Below are positions 20,484 to 30,310 of a stretch of DNA of 64,000 nucleotides, one piece after another (the first letter of the stretch is position 1; each line of letters begins with the position of its first letter). The notes beneath the pieces are model-generated. The model worked only from the letters and a program-made list of their open reading frames with translations, was not told where the DNA came from and made no database searches. Position numbers and translations under genes: made by a program. The DNA is from a virus, in IMG/VR virus record IMGVR_UViG_3300041955_000247, positions 12,452 through 76,451 of that record; one strand, 5' to 3'.

Positions 20484-21054
20484 GATTACCCTTAAGGCTG
20501 CGGATCAATTGCTCACGTAGGACAATGCCGGATGCTACAAACGGCCATCCTTTGTATTTCTCTTCAATCCATGATTTATAGCGTTCAATTGAGTGGTCAT
20601 AAGCATTTGCATGTGTCAGCGTGAACGTACCTTGCAGGAAGTCCCGTTCAAATGCTTGGGTGTATAGAAGTTGTGCACCATCAAAAGCTATTTGGCACAA
20701 TCCATAATCGAATTTGCTAATTAGATCAAATGGTGTTTGAACATCTTGAACGCCTATGATTTGCAGTGGCGGCTTGCCTTCCTCGGAGCGTTCAATCACA
20801 TAGTCTATCTGGTAGACAGGCGAAAATTGTTGATACTGTTTCTCGTGCCAAGCACCCCATCCTAGGGCTCTTTTGATCTTGTCTGTCATAAATAGGTTCT
20901 TTGACAGGATGAAAATATCAATGTCCTTGGGTTGTTTTGCACAGTACAAATCACGCAGACAACCCCCGGCTAGTACCGCCTCAAAGCCAGCCATGCGCAA
21001 GCACTCAACGTCAAGCAGCCATTGGTGTGGAAGCTTATTTGGGCGTAGGTGCAT
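20443..21054 (-). CDS. Nucleotidyltransferase (CCA/poly(A) polymerase head-like)
   Basis: AGGCLRD...PKDIDI and FDYGLCQ motifs. Confidence 0.7.
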   Translation of the reverse strand: MHLRPNKLPHQWLLDVECLRMAGFEAVLAGGCLRDLYCAKQPKDIDIFILSKNLFMTDKIKRALGWGAWHEKQYQQFSPVYQIDYVIERSEEGKPPLQIIGVQDVQTPFDLISKFDYGLCQIAFDGAQLLYTQAFERDFLQGTFTLTHANAYDHSIERYKSWIEEKYKGWPFVASGIVLREQLIRSLKGNHGKSSCEISPLEI

Positions 21055-21229
21055 CGGTGAAGTGCCTTTTGATGTTGCTAGGAAGTTCGTCAAAGGCTTC
21101 TTTGGTTTTGAAAAGGATGCCGTGCTGGGTGGCAATGTAGAAGTTATTGCATTTCATCAAGATTGCACACAGTTCCGGAGCGGTGATGTCGGGCTGCGGG
21201 GATAGGTATTTCTTATACACGTTATTTTT
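21035..21229 (-). CDS. Small hypothetical protein
   Basis: Frame from ORF track (PQPDITAPEL); start uncertain. Confidence 0.3.
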   Translation of the reverse strand, partial: KNNVYKKYLSPQPDITAPELCAILMKCNNFYIATQHGILFKTKEAFDELPSNIKRHFTDAPTPK

Positions 21230-21425
21230 GCCCCATTTCCTGTGCCGGGTCTTTTGGCAGGTCATCCAGCACGTCAATAGTCTCAAGGCTGATGGATTGT
21301 CCTTGCTCCCTGCCGACTAGCCGCCCTGCGGCATAGCGGGCATTTTCCTCTGAAAAGTAAGCTCCCAAACGGCTTTTTTGGTTGACAAGATTAACACCTA
21401 CAACGATGTAAAGCTTGTGTTTCAT
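21222..21425 (-). CDS. Small hypothetical protein
   Basis: ATGA-coupled to polymerase stop. Confidence 0.5.
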   Translation of the reverse strand: MKHKLYIVVGVNLVNQKSRLGAYFSEENARYAAGRLVGREQGQSISLETIDVLDDLPKDPAQEMGQK

Positions 21426-24106
21426 GATACGTCCTTGTGCGACCAGAATTTACCAATCTCTTCCATCCCGAACCAATGCTTGCCCACTGAGCATGAGACG
21501 GACAGGGGCACGTTGATGAAGTCATAGTCCGGTGTGAGCATGACTGAATATACGTCCTTGATTGTGGCTTCCAAGGTCTTGTCGTCATCAGGCACCATCA
21601 GGGTCAGGTCGTCATGAATATTTAGAATAGGGTGCAGGTACCATTTGCCTTCTTCTGCCGCCAGTTCGGACAGGGTGTTCATGGAACGGCACACGATGTC
21701 GCAGGCTACTGATTGAATGGGATCATTGATGGCCTGATTGCGCGTCATGGGGTAGTGACGCCTCCGCCCGGTGGGGCTTTGGACATAGCCCTTTTCCCAG
21801 TAGCCTTCCATTAGCTTATTCTGCCATTCGTAGAGGCCATGAAAGGTTCGCCAAAACTCACGCATCAGCTTGTCAATGATCTCAACCGGTATGCCCAAGT
21901 AGCCCGCAATGGAAGTGTTCTGCGCACCAAAAATGGCTGGGAATGTCAGCTTGTTCTTAATCTTTGATCTAAACTTCTTCATCACGTCTTTGTCAGTCAG
22001 GTACTTCTTGCCACCAATGATCTCAGGGTACAGGTGAGCGGTCTTTTGCGCCCACTCCATATGAATATCGTAATCCTCCCAAAGCGCCTTGATCAGCACC
22101 TTGTCCTTGGAACACATGGCGGCGGTGCAGCCCTCTAGCTGTCCGTAGTCAAAGGCCAGCAGCGTATAACCGTCAGGGGCTACTATTTGGTTCCTCACCC
22201 AGGCATCGTTGCGCTGGGGGAAGTTCTGCATGTTGGGATCATCACTGCTGGTGCGGCCGGTTTCAGCAAAGGTACAATTGAAATTGCAATGGATCAGCCC
22301 ATCGGGGTAGATCATTTTGCCTTTGCCAAGCTCCAGGCCGTCAACGTAGGTGGACAAAAGCTTGGCGCGGTTGCGGTACTGGATCACCAAATCAGCAAGT
22401 GGGTGGTCAATTTGGCTGAGGACATTTTTGTCAACTGAGAACTTGCCGGTTCGGTCATCGTCGAAGCGGCGCTTGCTGTCTGACGATTTGTTGAAATCAT
22501 GGGCTTCGTAGCCCTCACGCTCAACCTCGACTTCCGGCCGTTTCAGGTAATCCTTGAAGATCTCAAGAACCTGCCGGTCATTGGAAGCCGCGAACTCACC
22601 GTGATCCTTCACATAGGCTTTGACCACCTTCAGCCCGGCTATATCAGCCTCAATCTGCTTGATCTCAGGTTTCAGCTTGTTCTGGGCCTTTTTGACCTCT
22701 GCTTGATCTACCGGCACACCCAGGAACTGCATCATGGCCACGCTGGTTTGCCGTGGCAGAGCTTCCCGGTAGGCGTCATACAGGCCAAAGCGCTTGAGAA
22801 GCTTGGTCTGGTAGTGGTGCAGCCGCAGCGTGACCTTGGTGTCCACTGCATTGTAGATCAGTGTCTCAGCAAGATCGGATTTTGACATATCCTTCTTGTC
22901 AAGCTTGAACATCGACTTATAGGTAAAGCCAAAATGCTGCTTCAGCAGGAAGTCCAACGCCTGATAGGCGGCGCGACGATCACTCTCCTCGTTGCTGCGT
23001 GACTTGCCCCGGCGCTCATCCAGGAAGTGGGCCTCCATCTGGGTGCAGTGCCAGTTGTGGTGCTGAAGCACGTCACGGCCCAGGTACCAGATCATCCACT
23101 CAACTTCGAACGGTGCATTATGGGCTATTTTGGTCGTATTCGTAGTGAGGGCAGCTTTGAGAGCCGCTTTGAGGGCGGTTTTTTGCTTGACCGTCCAACC
23201 GGCCTTTGGGTGGTCGAGTGCAAAGCTGAAATTGACGCTGCCGAAGCTAAAGGCGGCAGACATGATCGCGGCATCGGGCTTATATGGCCGTAATCCTTTG
23301 GTTTCAATGTCAAAGGCTTTTTCTTTGGCTTTTCCGGCCTGTTCAAGTAGGTATTGCACTCGATCAAAGGAATGTGGCCCCTCAAAGGTTTCAACATTGG
23401 CCCTAAGTTCCTTTTCGTCATCTATTTGTGGTTCCTCAAGCCATTCTAGGGCATCAAACGCTTTGCGTATGTCCATCCTGAAGCAGTGACCCATCATTGA
23501 GTTGAGGGGCTTGCGCTTGTCACGTGCTATGTGCAGCAGGAACGACGGATGATAAGTTGGCATGAACCAGCAGGTGTGTTCGCCAAATTTGACGGCAAAG
23601 AACCTGCCGCGCATGCCCTTCAGGTCACCGCTGCCAAGCATGGCCTGCAACGGCACCGCGCCCAGACCTACGATCAGCCGTGGCTTGACTTCCTGAATGT
23701 ATTTCAGTCGGCGGGGCCTACAACACTCGATTTCAACCCAGGTGGGGGTTCGGTTTTTTGGTGGGTGGCAGTTCGCGACATTATCAAAGCTGCAAGGGCC
23801 ATGGCCGTCAGGTATGCACTCACGAAGAATAGCACCAGACGGACCGGTGAGCGGCTTTCCCGTATTTTCATCTTCATCCCTCTCAGGGGCTTCAGCCAAG
23901 AAGTAGATCTCACCCCCTTTGGCCAAGGTGGGGACCATGTAGGGGGTTTGAATACCCGGCTGCTTGTTCAAAGGGCATGCTTTGCAGCCAAGCCTAGCAA
24001 GCGCCTGAGCGCTGTGTTTTGCAGCCCCGCTAGGGGTATAGCCTGCTGATTTTGCCTTACCAGTGACCGCGCCACGGGCAGGCTGCTTGGTGAAGAAAAA
24101 ACTGAT
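21422..24106 (-). CDS. polA: Family A DNA polymerase with N-terminal uracil-DNA-glycosylase-like domain and 3'-5' exonuclease (SPO1-type architecture); probable ATC start
   Basis: CKAC, EAP..DE, TYHPS (UDG family 4); DIET, HNAPFE, YNAVD (exonuclease); TGRTSS.DPN.QN, DYGQLE, IHDD (polymerase); frame open to 24115 with ATC at 24106 after AGGGGG. Confidence 0.9.
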   Translation of the reverse strand: MSFFFTKQPARGAVTGKAKSAGYTPSGAAKHSAQALARLGCKACPLNKQPGIQTPYMVPTLAKGGEIYFLAEAPERDEDENTGKPLTGPSGAILRECIPDGHGPCSFDNVANCHPPKNRTPTWVEIECCRPRRLKYIQEVKPRLIVGLGAVPLQAMLGSGDLKGMRGRFFAVKFGEHTCWFMPTYHPSFLLHIARDKRKPLNSMMGHCFRMDIRKAFDALEWLEEPQIDDEKELRANVETFEGPHSFDRVQYLLEQAGKAKEKAFDIETKGLRPYKPDAAIMSAAFSFGSVNFSFALDHPKAGWTVKQKTALKAALKAALTTNTTKIAHNAPFEVEWMIWYLGRDVLQHHNWHCTQMEAHFLDERRGKSRSNEESDRRAAYQALDFLLKQHFGFTYKSMFKLDKKDMSKSDLAETLIYNAVDTKVTLRLHHYQTKLLKRFGLYDAYREALPRQTSVAMMQFLGVPVDQAEVKKAQNKLKPEIKQIEADIAGLKVVKAYVKDHGEFAASNDRQVLEIFKDYLKRPEVEVEREGYEAHDFNKSSDSKRRFDDDRTGKFSVDKNVLSQIDHPLADLVIQYRNRAKLLSTYVDGLELGKGKMIYPDGLIHCNFNCTFAETGRTSSDDPNMQNFPQRNDAWVRNQIVAPDGYTLLAFDYGQLEGCTAAMCSKDKVLIKALWEDYDIHMEWAQKTAHLYPEIIGGKKYLTDKDVMKKFRSKIKNKLTFPAIFGAQNTSIAGYLGIPVEIIDKLMREFWRTFHGLYEWQNKLMEGYWEKGYVQSPTGRRRHYPMTRNQAINDPIQSVACDIVCRSMNTLSELAAEEGKWYLHPILNIHDDLTLMVPDDDKTLEATIKDVYSVMLTPDYDFINVPLSVSCSVGKHWFGMEEIGKFWSHKDVS

Positions 24107-24115
24107 TTGAACCCC

Positions 24116-24532
24116 CTAAGCAGCCTTGGTTAGTGAGGCGTTGAATTCCTCAGGTGTCACGCCGTAAGGCATCAAGGTGAGGGCCAGTAACTTGGCATGG
24201 TTTTCGTTGTCGATGAAATATCCAATTTTGTACACAGTACTTATATGAACGCCAAATCTGCCGAGACGTTGCCGTATCTTGCAAATGAAAACATCTACCG
24301 AACCACGCCCAGGCTGGTCAACTTCCGGCCTTAACCCATAGAGGTACTGCCACAAAACTTCTTTGGTAAGAACCCTGTTTTTGTGCTTGATAAAAACAGC
24401 AAGCAGAAGAGCTGCCTTGGGTGGTAAGTGAAAAGGCCAATGGTGTGCAGTGATACTCAATTCACGATTGATGTTGTTTATGTAGAATTCTAGTTCTTCA
24501 ACGCGGGCGCGCAGGCGTTCAAGTTCGTCCAT
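24116..24532 (-). CDS. OmpR/PhoB-type winged-helix protein resembling the CtrA DNA-binding domain, no receiver domain
   Basis: LTKEVLWQYLYG...VDVFICKIRQRL...ISTVYKIGY. Confidence 0.75.
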   Translation of the reverse strand: MDELERLRARVEELEFYINNINRELSITAHHWPFHLPPKAALLLAVFIKHKNRVLTKEVLWQYLYGLRPEVDQPGRGSVDVFICKIRQRLGRFGVHISTVYKIGYFIDNENHAKLLALTLMPYGVTPEEFNASLTKAA

Positions 24533-24535
24533 GGC

Positions 24536-25573
24536 TCACCCCATGTTGCTGACGACCATGTACAGCTCTTCACCCTTGCGGTACACGGTGCAGCGCTCAA
24601 GTATAGCCATTTCGTCACAAAGGCCAATAGCCCGTTGCACCATGGTGGCGGAGACATTGGCGGTGACCTGTTCTTGCCCTTTGGGGTAGGGCAACACGTC
24701 CTTGATCAGCCCCATTTGGGCATCAGTGGTCAGCCGCAAGCCGTTGTCCACGTCAAGCACGGTTTTGGCGCTTTCAGGGTCAGCCACCACACGGGCGCGT
24801 GACAGGGCATGATCCAGCCCCTTGGGTACCGGCACAAAGCTGGGTTCACCCTTGACGGTTTTGGTAATCAGTTCTTCATAGTCAACCGGATCGGTAGCCT
24901 CAATCAGCCGGCCATAAATTTGGTAGCCGGTGGTTAAACTGGCATACACCCATTCCTCATTACAAAACAGGCTGCCAATTTCAGCCTTTGTCTCCCTGAA
25001 GATTTTAACCAAGGCTTCGCAGAACACGTTGGGCATCAGACATGAAATTGAATTCTTTGTCTTTGTAGTGAAGCGGGTGAGTGCATCACCGTCACAGGAA
25101 TACAGCGTCATGTACTTACCGTAGGGCTGAAGATTGACGCCAAGAAGTTTTGGCTGAGCCAGATCACGCGAACTGGTCATCAAACAGGCTTCCATTCCTT
25201 CAAGGAAGGATGCATCAATTGCCACGTCAGCAGCATCCTTGCCAAAACTGGGCTTTGTGAAGACAAAATCTTCCTTTGGGAAGTAAGGCAGCTTGAAACG
25301 TGATTTGCCGGTTTTGACTGAAAGCTCTTGCTTGCTCTCAAGCGTGAATTCCACTTCTTCAGCATGGCTATTCTTGAGCAGCCCCAAAAGCGTGCTGCCG
25401 TGCACCGCAAAGGCTTCAGCGGTTTTGCATGGGGCAATGATCCCAATGGTATCTGAATAGGCACTGACCGTTTTGGTATCAAAGCAATAGCAGCAAAAAA
25501 GGGGCACTAAATTGTTGGCCGCAAGGGCACCACCCACATATTCCAATATCGTTACTAGTTCTGCGCGCTTCAT
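24536..25573 (-). CDS. dnaN: Sliding clamp (DNA polymerase III beta-like)
   Basis: 345 aa; L.GV...YSCDG..L and YGRLIE..P.DYE patterns; clamp loader nearby. Confidence 0.7.
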   Translation of the reverse strand: MKRAELVTILEYVGGALAANNLVPLFCCYCFDTKTVSAYSDTIGIIAPCKTAEAFAVHGSTLLGLLKNSHAEEVEFTLESKQELSVKTGKSRFKLPYFPKEDFVFTKPSFGKDAADVAIDASFLEGMEACLMTSSRDLAQPKLLGVNLQPYGKYMTLYSCDGDALTRFTTKTKNSISCLMPNVFCEALVKIFRETKAEIGSLFCNEEWVYASLTTGYQIYGRLIEATDPVDYEELITKTVKGEPSFVPVPKGLDHALSRARVVADPESAKTVLDVDNGLRLTTDAQMGLIKDVLPYPKGQEQVTANVSATMVQRAIGLCDEMAILERCTVYRKGEELYMVVSNMG

Positions 25574-25848
25574 GTGCGGTCTTCCCGTGTTACCATGGAC
25601 CCATATTGGTCAATCAGGATGGTCAACGCATTGTGCGCGTTCTTGGCCATCATCATAATACGTCCCAGTGAAAAGCGGAGATCCTCAAGGTCCTGTGCCC
25701 CGGCAATTTCATAGGTGGTTATTCGTGTATTGCAGTTCGCACATACCCGACGCCTGCGCACTGCTGGCTGCTCCTCAATATGGGCCGGGCGGCTGTCAAT
25801 GATCTTCATGCCAAAGCTGCATGCCGGGCATTTGAAGCTTTCAGACAT
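25570..25848 (-). CDS. NrdR-like zinc-ribbon protein without ATP cone
   Basis: CPAC...IIDSR...[15 protein letters not shown]. Confidence 0.7.
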   Translation of the reverse strand: MSESFKCPACSFGMKIIDSRPAHIEEQPAVRRRRVCANCNTRITTYEIAGAQDLEDLRFSLGRIMMMAKNAHNALTILIDQYGSMVTREDRT

Positions 25849-25851
25849 TGG

Positions 25852-26814
25852 CTACTCCGGTGTCTTGAATATGAGCAGTCTTTCATGGATAGGAACCAGC
25901 TTCTTATTACGCCAGCTATTGGTAGAGCGGATCGCTGCTGATCCCCAGTTGCGGCTAAGTATAATATCTTGATAGAAAAGAAATCCAACCTCTTTGAAAT
26001 TCTCAATAGTGTGGCCGGGGAAATCGATCAACTCACCTTTTTTGTCACGAAAGTTTCCGACTACCATGCAAACAAAGCTGCCGGACTTCATTAGTTTTCG
26101 GTGAGCCAAAGCGGTAGAATACATTGCGAAGTTGAATTGTCCGTAGGTTCGAAGGTTGCTGAGGTCGTCGGGTCTGTCACTATACTTTTCAAGGTCGAAG
26201 TACGGCGGGCAAGACAAGGCAACATCAAATAGTCCAATTTCCTCCGCTTCCTGTAAATAGCGCCCATCACCACAGATATAACGCGCCCCTTCAAGGCTGA
26301 GTTCCTTGAGTACCCTGGTATTCTCATCTATTTGCTCCTGACGAATTTCGAAGCCCACATATTGATACCCCATAATAGTAGAGACAAGGCCGCGTGGGGG
26401 GCCACCCGCAAAAGCATCAAGTACCCGACCACCAGCATCACCACCATAACGCAACAAAATCCATTCAACCAAAGGAGCAGCGAAAACACTGTGTGTTCCA
26501 GTATAAGAGCTGTCATGATCTGCCCTCATGGTCTCTGAGCGCTCACCGTCATGGCCGGTTTCGCCGGTTAAGCGCCGCCAATCACGCACGCTGCGCTTGA
26601 TGATTTCATCCACGCGCCAGACCGAAGTGGTTGTCATGAACCACGATTTGCCCGCAGGTGGCCTTGTGTAGGCTTGCTGCGGGGTCAGCAGCAGCGGGCG
26701 TGACCGGTAAAGTGTCCTTCCCCCTGATTTAGTTTTGTAGAGCACTTTTGGGTGCCTGTTCCTTGGCTTTGTGATCCGCCTGCACCTTGGCCATGGTGGC
26801 AAGGAATGGCTCAA
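25852..26814 (-). CDS. DNA amino-methyltransferase (N4C/N6A); start uncertain
   Basis: LDAFAGG SAM-binding motif, SCPPY catalytic motif; annotated start overlaps upstream gene. Confidence 0.8.
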   Translation of the reverse strand: MSHSLPPWPRCRRITKPRNRHPKVLYKTKSGGRTLYRSRPLLLTPQQAYTRPPAGKSWFMTTTSVWRVDEIIKRSVRDWRRLTGETGHDGERSETMRADHDSSYTGTHSVFAAPLVEWILLRYGGDAGGRVLDAFAGGPPRGLVSTIMGYQYVGFEIRQEQIDENTRVLKELSLEGARYICGDGRYLQEAEEIGLFDVALSCPPYFDLEKYSDRPDDLSNLRTYGQFNFAMYSTALAHRKLMKSGSFVCMVVGNFRDKKGELIDFPGHTIENFKEVGFLFYQDIILSRNWGSAAIRSTNSWRNKKLVPIHERLLIFKTPE

Positions 26815-26992
26815 TCATGGAAGCCGGTATGAACACCGCTACCCGGTGAGTGGGCGGTTCCCCGGCCATCAATGACTGTTCCCCAAAGGTCAGGCGCAGC
26901 CCCATATTGCTCAAGTTGAATTCTATGTTGTTGCAGTAGGTAGCCTGCAACTTCATGATGGCCGCATTCTTGCTCTTGGTGTGGTCACTCAT
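26729..26992 (-). CDS. Hypothetical protein
   Basis: ATGA-coupled; YCN...LRLTFGE pattern. Confidence 0.55.
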   Translation of the reverse strand: MSDHTKSKNAAIMKLQATYCNNIEFNLSNMGLRLTFGEQSLMAGEPPTHRVAVFIPASMIEPFLATMAKVQADHKAKEQAPKSALQN

Positions 26993-27795
26993 TTCTTGCC
27001 CTTCTTGGCCAGATCCTCTTTATGGGTGATCTTGAAGATACCACCGGGGAAGCGCTCAACGTAGTGGCCCTTTCCCTCAAGTATTTTGAGGATATTGTAG
27101 AACCGGCCATCCAGCTTATCGCGTAGTTCAGCCGTGGTGCAACCCTTTTCATACATCATCACCGCGTCATGTGTCTTGGTGCCAATGTACAGCCCGTAGC
27201 GGTCCTTGGTGCCGGGTATTTCAGTGTAGTCACGCGCCTCGGTGGGACGCTTAGTGGTGCTGTTCACCTTGCCGGGGATTGACTTCCCGCCTGGGATTTT
27301 CAGCGGCTTCGGCGGTACTTCTTCAGCCGCAGCTTTTCCCTTGCTAGGTTTTTTGCTGCCAACCTTTCCTGCTTTAGCTGGAACTTTACCGGATCGGGCC
27401 TTTTTGCCCTGCGCTGCTTCCTCAGCCTCCGCGTCCGCTTCAGCCTCGGCGGCTTCGTCAGTTCCAGGATCATCCTCAGAGCTGTCACCGTCATCGGCCC
27501 CGGTGGTTTCTGTGTCGCCGTCTGTATCAGCCTCGTCACCACCTGCTTCGTCAGGTTCCTCACCTGTGTCCTGATCCGCATCTTCAAATTCCTCAATTTC
27601 AGTTTTGGCATTGAGTGCCTTGATGGCGGCTGAGACCCAGTTCGCAGCTTCGTTGCTCAGTTCGTCGAACTCAGCGTCGGTCATCTTGTTGGACAGCCGG
27701 GCCAACGCCGCCAAATGATCCTGACGGTCATCATAGCCGCTTTTGGGCGGTTTGAAGCCGCTGGCCTTGGTCAGTTCCTTCTCAATTTCACTCAT
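26989..27795 (-). CDS. Acidic/basic low-complexity protein with C-terminal putative winged helix
   Basis: AGGAG RBS; C-terminal domain similar to 44528-45169. Confidence 0.6.
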   Translation of the reverse strand: MSEIEKELTKASGFKPPKSGYDDRQDHLAALARLSNKMTDAEFDELSNEAANWVSAAIKALNAKTEIEEFEDADQDTGEEPDEAGGDEADTDGDTETTGADDGDSSEDDPGTDEAAEAEADAEAEEAAQGKKARSGKVPAKAGKVGSKKPSKGKAAAEEVPPKPLKIPGGKSIPGKVNSTTKRPTEARDYTEIPGTKDRYGLYIGTKTHDAVMMYEKGCTTAELRDKLDGRFYNILKILEGKGHYVERFPGGIFKITHKEDLAKKGKK

Positions 27796-27803
27796 GGTTG
27801 CTC

Positions 27804-28328
27804 CTAGTTGAACAGCAGGTCATAAAGGGCGTCTTTCAGGTCAAAAGTGTCTGACAAACCCAGAATACGTCTCAGCTTCATATTCAGGTTCTCAAGCGGT
27901 TGCAGTTCTTCATTCAGCGTCATGGCAATGGCCAATTTCAGTTCTTGAGGGGCTTCATTGAGCAGCGCACTCAGGTAACCCGCATTGGTGGTGTCGCCGG
28001 TCATATTGTAACAGTAGTTGTTGACGTCCTCAGGCAGCACCGTGTAGGCGTTCTTGCGCCGTGAAATATAGCTTGATTTGTCGTTGAGGAGGTTTGTGAG
28101 GCACTTTTTGAAAAGCCCCATGAATTTGGCAGGCTCAAGAACCCGTGGGTAGCGTTCTGTCAGCTTCCAAAATAACAGGTGGGCTTCCTGGAGCAGATCA
28201 TCCTGGCCGTGCAGCCGATCACACCGCCATAGTTCGTGTCTTATGAATGACGTTGCCCAGTTCTTGATTGGCCCTTCCCAAATTGGTTCGCAATTCAACT
28301 GTACGCGCACATGTGTTGCATGCGGCAT
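27804..28328 (-). CDS. Sigma-factor-like protein
   Basis: QDDLLQEA.L.F.K...Y......F...F...L.N...D, sigma70 region 2-like. Confidence 0.55.
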   Translation of the reverse strand: MPHATHVRVQLNCEPIWEGPIKNWATSFIRHELWRCDRLHGQDDLLQEAHLLFWKLTERYPRVLEPAKFMGLFKKCLTNLLNDKSSYISRRKNAYTVLPEDVNNYCYNMTGDTTNAGYLSALLNEAPQELKLAIAMTLNEELQPLENLNMKLRRILGLSDTFDLKDALYDLLFN

Positions 28329-28545
28329 TGTAAGCCCCGTTGCTGATGATGAAGAACCCTCAATGAATTGGTAAGGCTACAATGCCGCAAGACCACGAAG
28401 CAACAGGAATAAAATTACACTCCTATGCCTTCTTGCGATTACGAGCCTATTGCCTTGTAATAGGCATACCACGTTAGATAGGTTGCGCCTTGCGTGCCTG
28501 GGCCATGCGGTTCGATAAGAGTCAATTTGAGTTTCACGGCCGCTC

Positions 28546-28692
28546 CTATTCCTCGTTGAGGTATTTGAGAAGATCGTCCACGTTATCAAAGGAGGCTTCG
28601 GGCGGCGCTGCATCAGCCTCCATAATAGAACGCACGAAAGTGGGATCGTATCCATCCCACCAACATCGCAATCGAAACCAAAGATCGCGCAC
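28546..28692 (-). CDS. Cassette gene, 48 aa hypothetical (not in ORF track)
   Basis: GTG after AGGAG; MRDLWFRLRCWWDG...LNEE; stop inside junction motif. Confidence 0.55.
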   Translation of the reverse strand: MRDLWFRLRCWWDGYDPTFVRSIMEADAAPPEASFDNVDDLLKYLNEE

Positions 28693-28709
28693 GCCGGTCT
28701 CCTATATCT

Positions 28710-29129
28710 CTACGGGGTTGCTGGTAAAATCTGTTTGACGATCCATCTTCGCATTCGGGCAAATCGCTGCTCTGGCGTTTCTTTTATATTAAAACCAAAA
28801 TCATCGTCGTTTTCAAAAACGACTTCGCGAGCCATCGCCGATGCAATCCCAAACACCGCAGACACTTTATCGGCGTCCTCATAGTCGAGGCCGAGCATAT
28901 CAATGCCGCGAGCCTTGCCTACCGCGCCTATGGCACAGACAGCGCCAGTATCAGGTTCAACAAGTTCACCGGCAATCAGTTTCTTTTCCGGTAACGCATC
29001 GAGCGCCGCAAGCATTTCCTTTAGGAAGGCTTGACCACGCCGACCTTTGATCGCGCTGGCGACCGCACCACGGTAAAGGTAGCCAGAATTATCCTCACCA
29101 TAATCATCGCTGTAGCCGCTGCGGCTCAT
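28710..29129 (-). CDS. Cassette gene, phage hypothetical protein
   Basis: MSRSGYSDD...RGAVASAIKGRRGQAFL; bounded by motifs. Confidence 0.7.
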   Translation of the reverse strand: MSRSGYSDDYGEDNSGYLYRGAVASAIKGRRGQAFLKEMLAALDALPEKKLIAGELVEPDTGAVCAIGAVGKARGIDMLGLDYEDADKVSAVFGIASAMAREVVFENDDDFGFNIKETPEQRFARMRRWIVKQILPATP

Positions 29130-29138
29130 GCTGGCTTC

Positions 29139-29456
29139 CTAATTCTCTTGGCCTGATTGTTGAACAATCGGCGTCGTAGGCACGCTGCACATCCCCCCGC
29201 CGCCAGTATGCTTAACGAAGAACTCAAGATGATCTGGCGAGCCTTCATCAAACACAATATCAAAGCCACACTCCCACATGCCGTCGCGTATTCGAGGCTC
29301 GACAAACTTTTTGAAACGTCCCTTGCGACCGTTGCTTAGAGTAAACTCTGTGCCGAACGGCAATCGCGCCCATATTTCTCGGATGACTTCTGGCATTTCA
29401 CCGTATAGTCCCGGCAAGTGTTCATCGAGGAAGTCTTGTGCCTCGTCCCGATTCAT
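29139..29456 (-). CDS. Cassette gene, hypothetical
   Basis: ATG at 29456 after ATAGGAACCACC; stop in motif. Confidence 0.6.
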   Translation of the reverse strand: MNRDEAQDFLDEHLPGLYGEMPEVIREIWARLPFGTEFTLSNGRKGRFKKFVEPRIRDGMWECGFDIVFDEGSPDHLEFFVKHTGGGGMCSVPTTPIVQQSGQEN

Positions 29457-29496
29457 GGTGGTTCCTATCATGCTTATCCGGTTTAGACACACAGCC

Positions 29497-29778
29497 CTAC
29501 ATCTTGTGTTCGAGTTTTTGTCGAGCAATCGCGGCCTGATCTTCGGCAACAATCCGCGCGTAGTTTGCGGTTTTGGCTTCATCGTCCGCCTTGCGCCGGG
29601 CCGCAAAGCCATCAAGAGCGCGCTGGAACGCCTGCCTTGGCGTCAGCCCCTGCTTAAAAAGCGGATACCAGTGCGATGTGTAGATAGTGAACTCACCGCG
29701 CTCGTAGCCAAATTCGCCTTGAATTACGTCCTCGTCGAGGGTCTGAATCCATTTTCTAAATTGTTTGCTCTGGATCAT
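29497..29778 (-). CDS. Passenger gene, hypothetical
   Basis: GGGGAG RBS; inside TIR element. Confidence 0.6.
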   Translation of the reverse strand: MIQSKQFRKWIQTLDEDVIQGEFGYERGEFTIYTSHWYPLFKQGLTPRQAFQRALDGFAARRKADDEAKTANYARIVAEDQAAIARQKLEHKM

Positions 29779-29793
29779 GGTTTCTCTCCCCGA

Positions 29794-30048
29794 CTAGATG
29801 ATCATCCGCAGCGGGATTGCATCGACGGTCGGACGCGGGTCCGCTTGCCGTTTCAGATCGCGCTCGAACTCGGCCGTCAATTCGTCAATATCCGGGTCGG
29901 ATTTTGGAATTTCCGGTGCAATTCTCGTGATGAAGCACTGCACCGGAATGCCGCCATCGGTCTCGCCCTGCCAAACACGCGCCGGAACGTCCCGGCCGCC
30001 GACTACGAGCGTCACGATCTTGCTGGTGCTCTCGATTCTGATCTTCAT
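29794..30048 (-). CDS. Passenger gene, hypothetical
   Basis: GAGG RBS; VPARVWQGET..GIPV. Confidence 0.65.
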   Translation of the reverse strand: MKIRIESTSKIVTLVVGGRDVPARVWQGETDGGIPVQCFITRIAPEIPKSDPDIDELTAEFERDLKRQADPRPTVDAIPLRMII

Positions 30049-30110
30049 TTGCCGCCTCTATATCTAGTAGGTCTCAGCGTTTGTGTGTGGCAACCGGATA
30101 AGCATGGTTC

Positions 30111-30302
30111 CTATTTTGGCAAGCGTATTAACTTGCGTGCGTTGGGCAGCATATTGTTATCATAATAAAGCAGCCCGGTCATGCCGTCGTCCCATCTGAC
30201 GAGAACGCAATAGTCGTCAGCGCGCTCGACTACACCGTGAGATGTGGCGACCACAACATCGGGCTGCTCAACCCGATCACCGACCTTTAGATGCGCCTTC
30301 AT
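30111..30302 (-). CDS. Cassette gene, small SH3/KOW-like hypothetical
   Basis: MKAHLKVGDRV...VRWDDG; starts after AGGAG, stop in motif. Confidence 0.6.
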   Translation of the reverse strand: MKAHLKVGDRVEQPDVVVATSHGVVERADDYCVLVRWDDGMTGLLYYDNNMLPNARKLIRLPK

Positions 30303-30310
30303 GACCGCTC

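Larger units (their letters stand above)
29469..30106. mobile_element. Non-autonomous TIR element carrying two passenger genes
   Basis: 25-bp TIRs CATGCTTATCCGGTT(TAG/GCC)ACACACA at 29469-29493 and 30082-30106 (22/25); 8-bp direct repeat GTTCCTAT at 29461-29468 and 30107-30114; no transposase. Confidence 0.85.

Noticed and set aside
29278-30165. 295-aa plus-strand ORF
   Set aside because: Antisense shadow across three RBS-supported minus-strand genes and the TIR boundaries.
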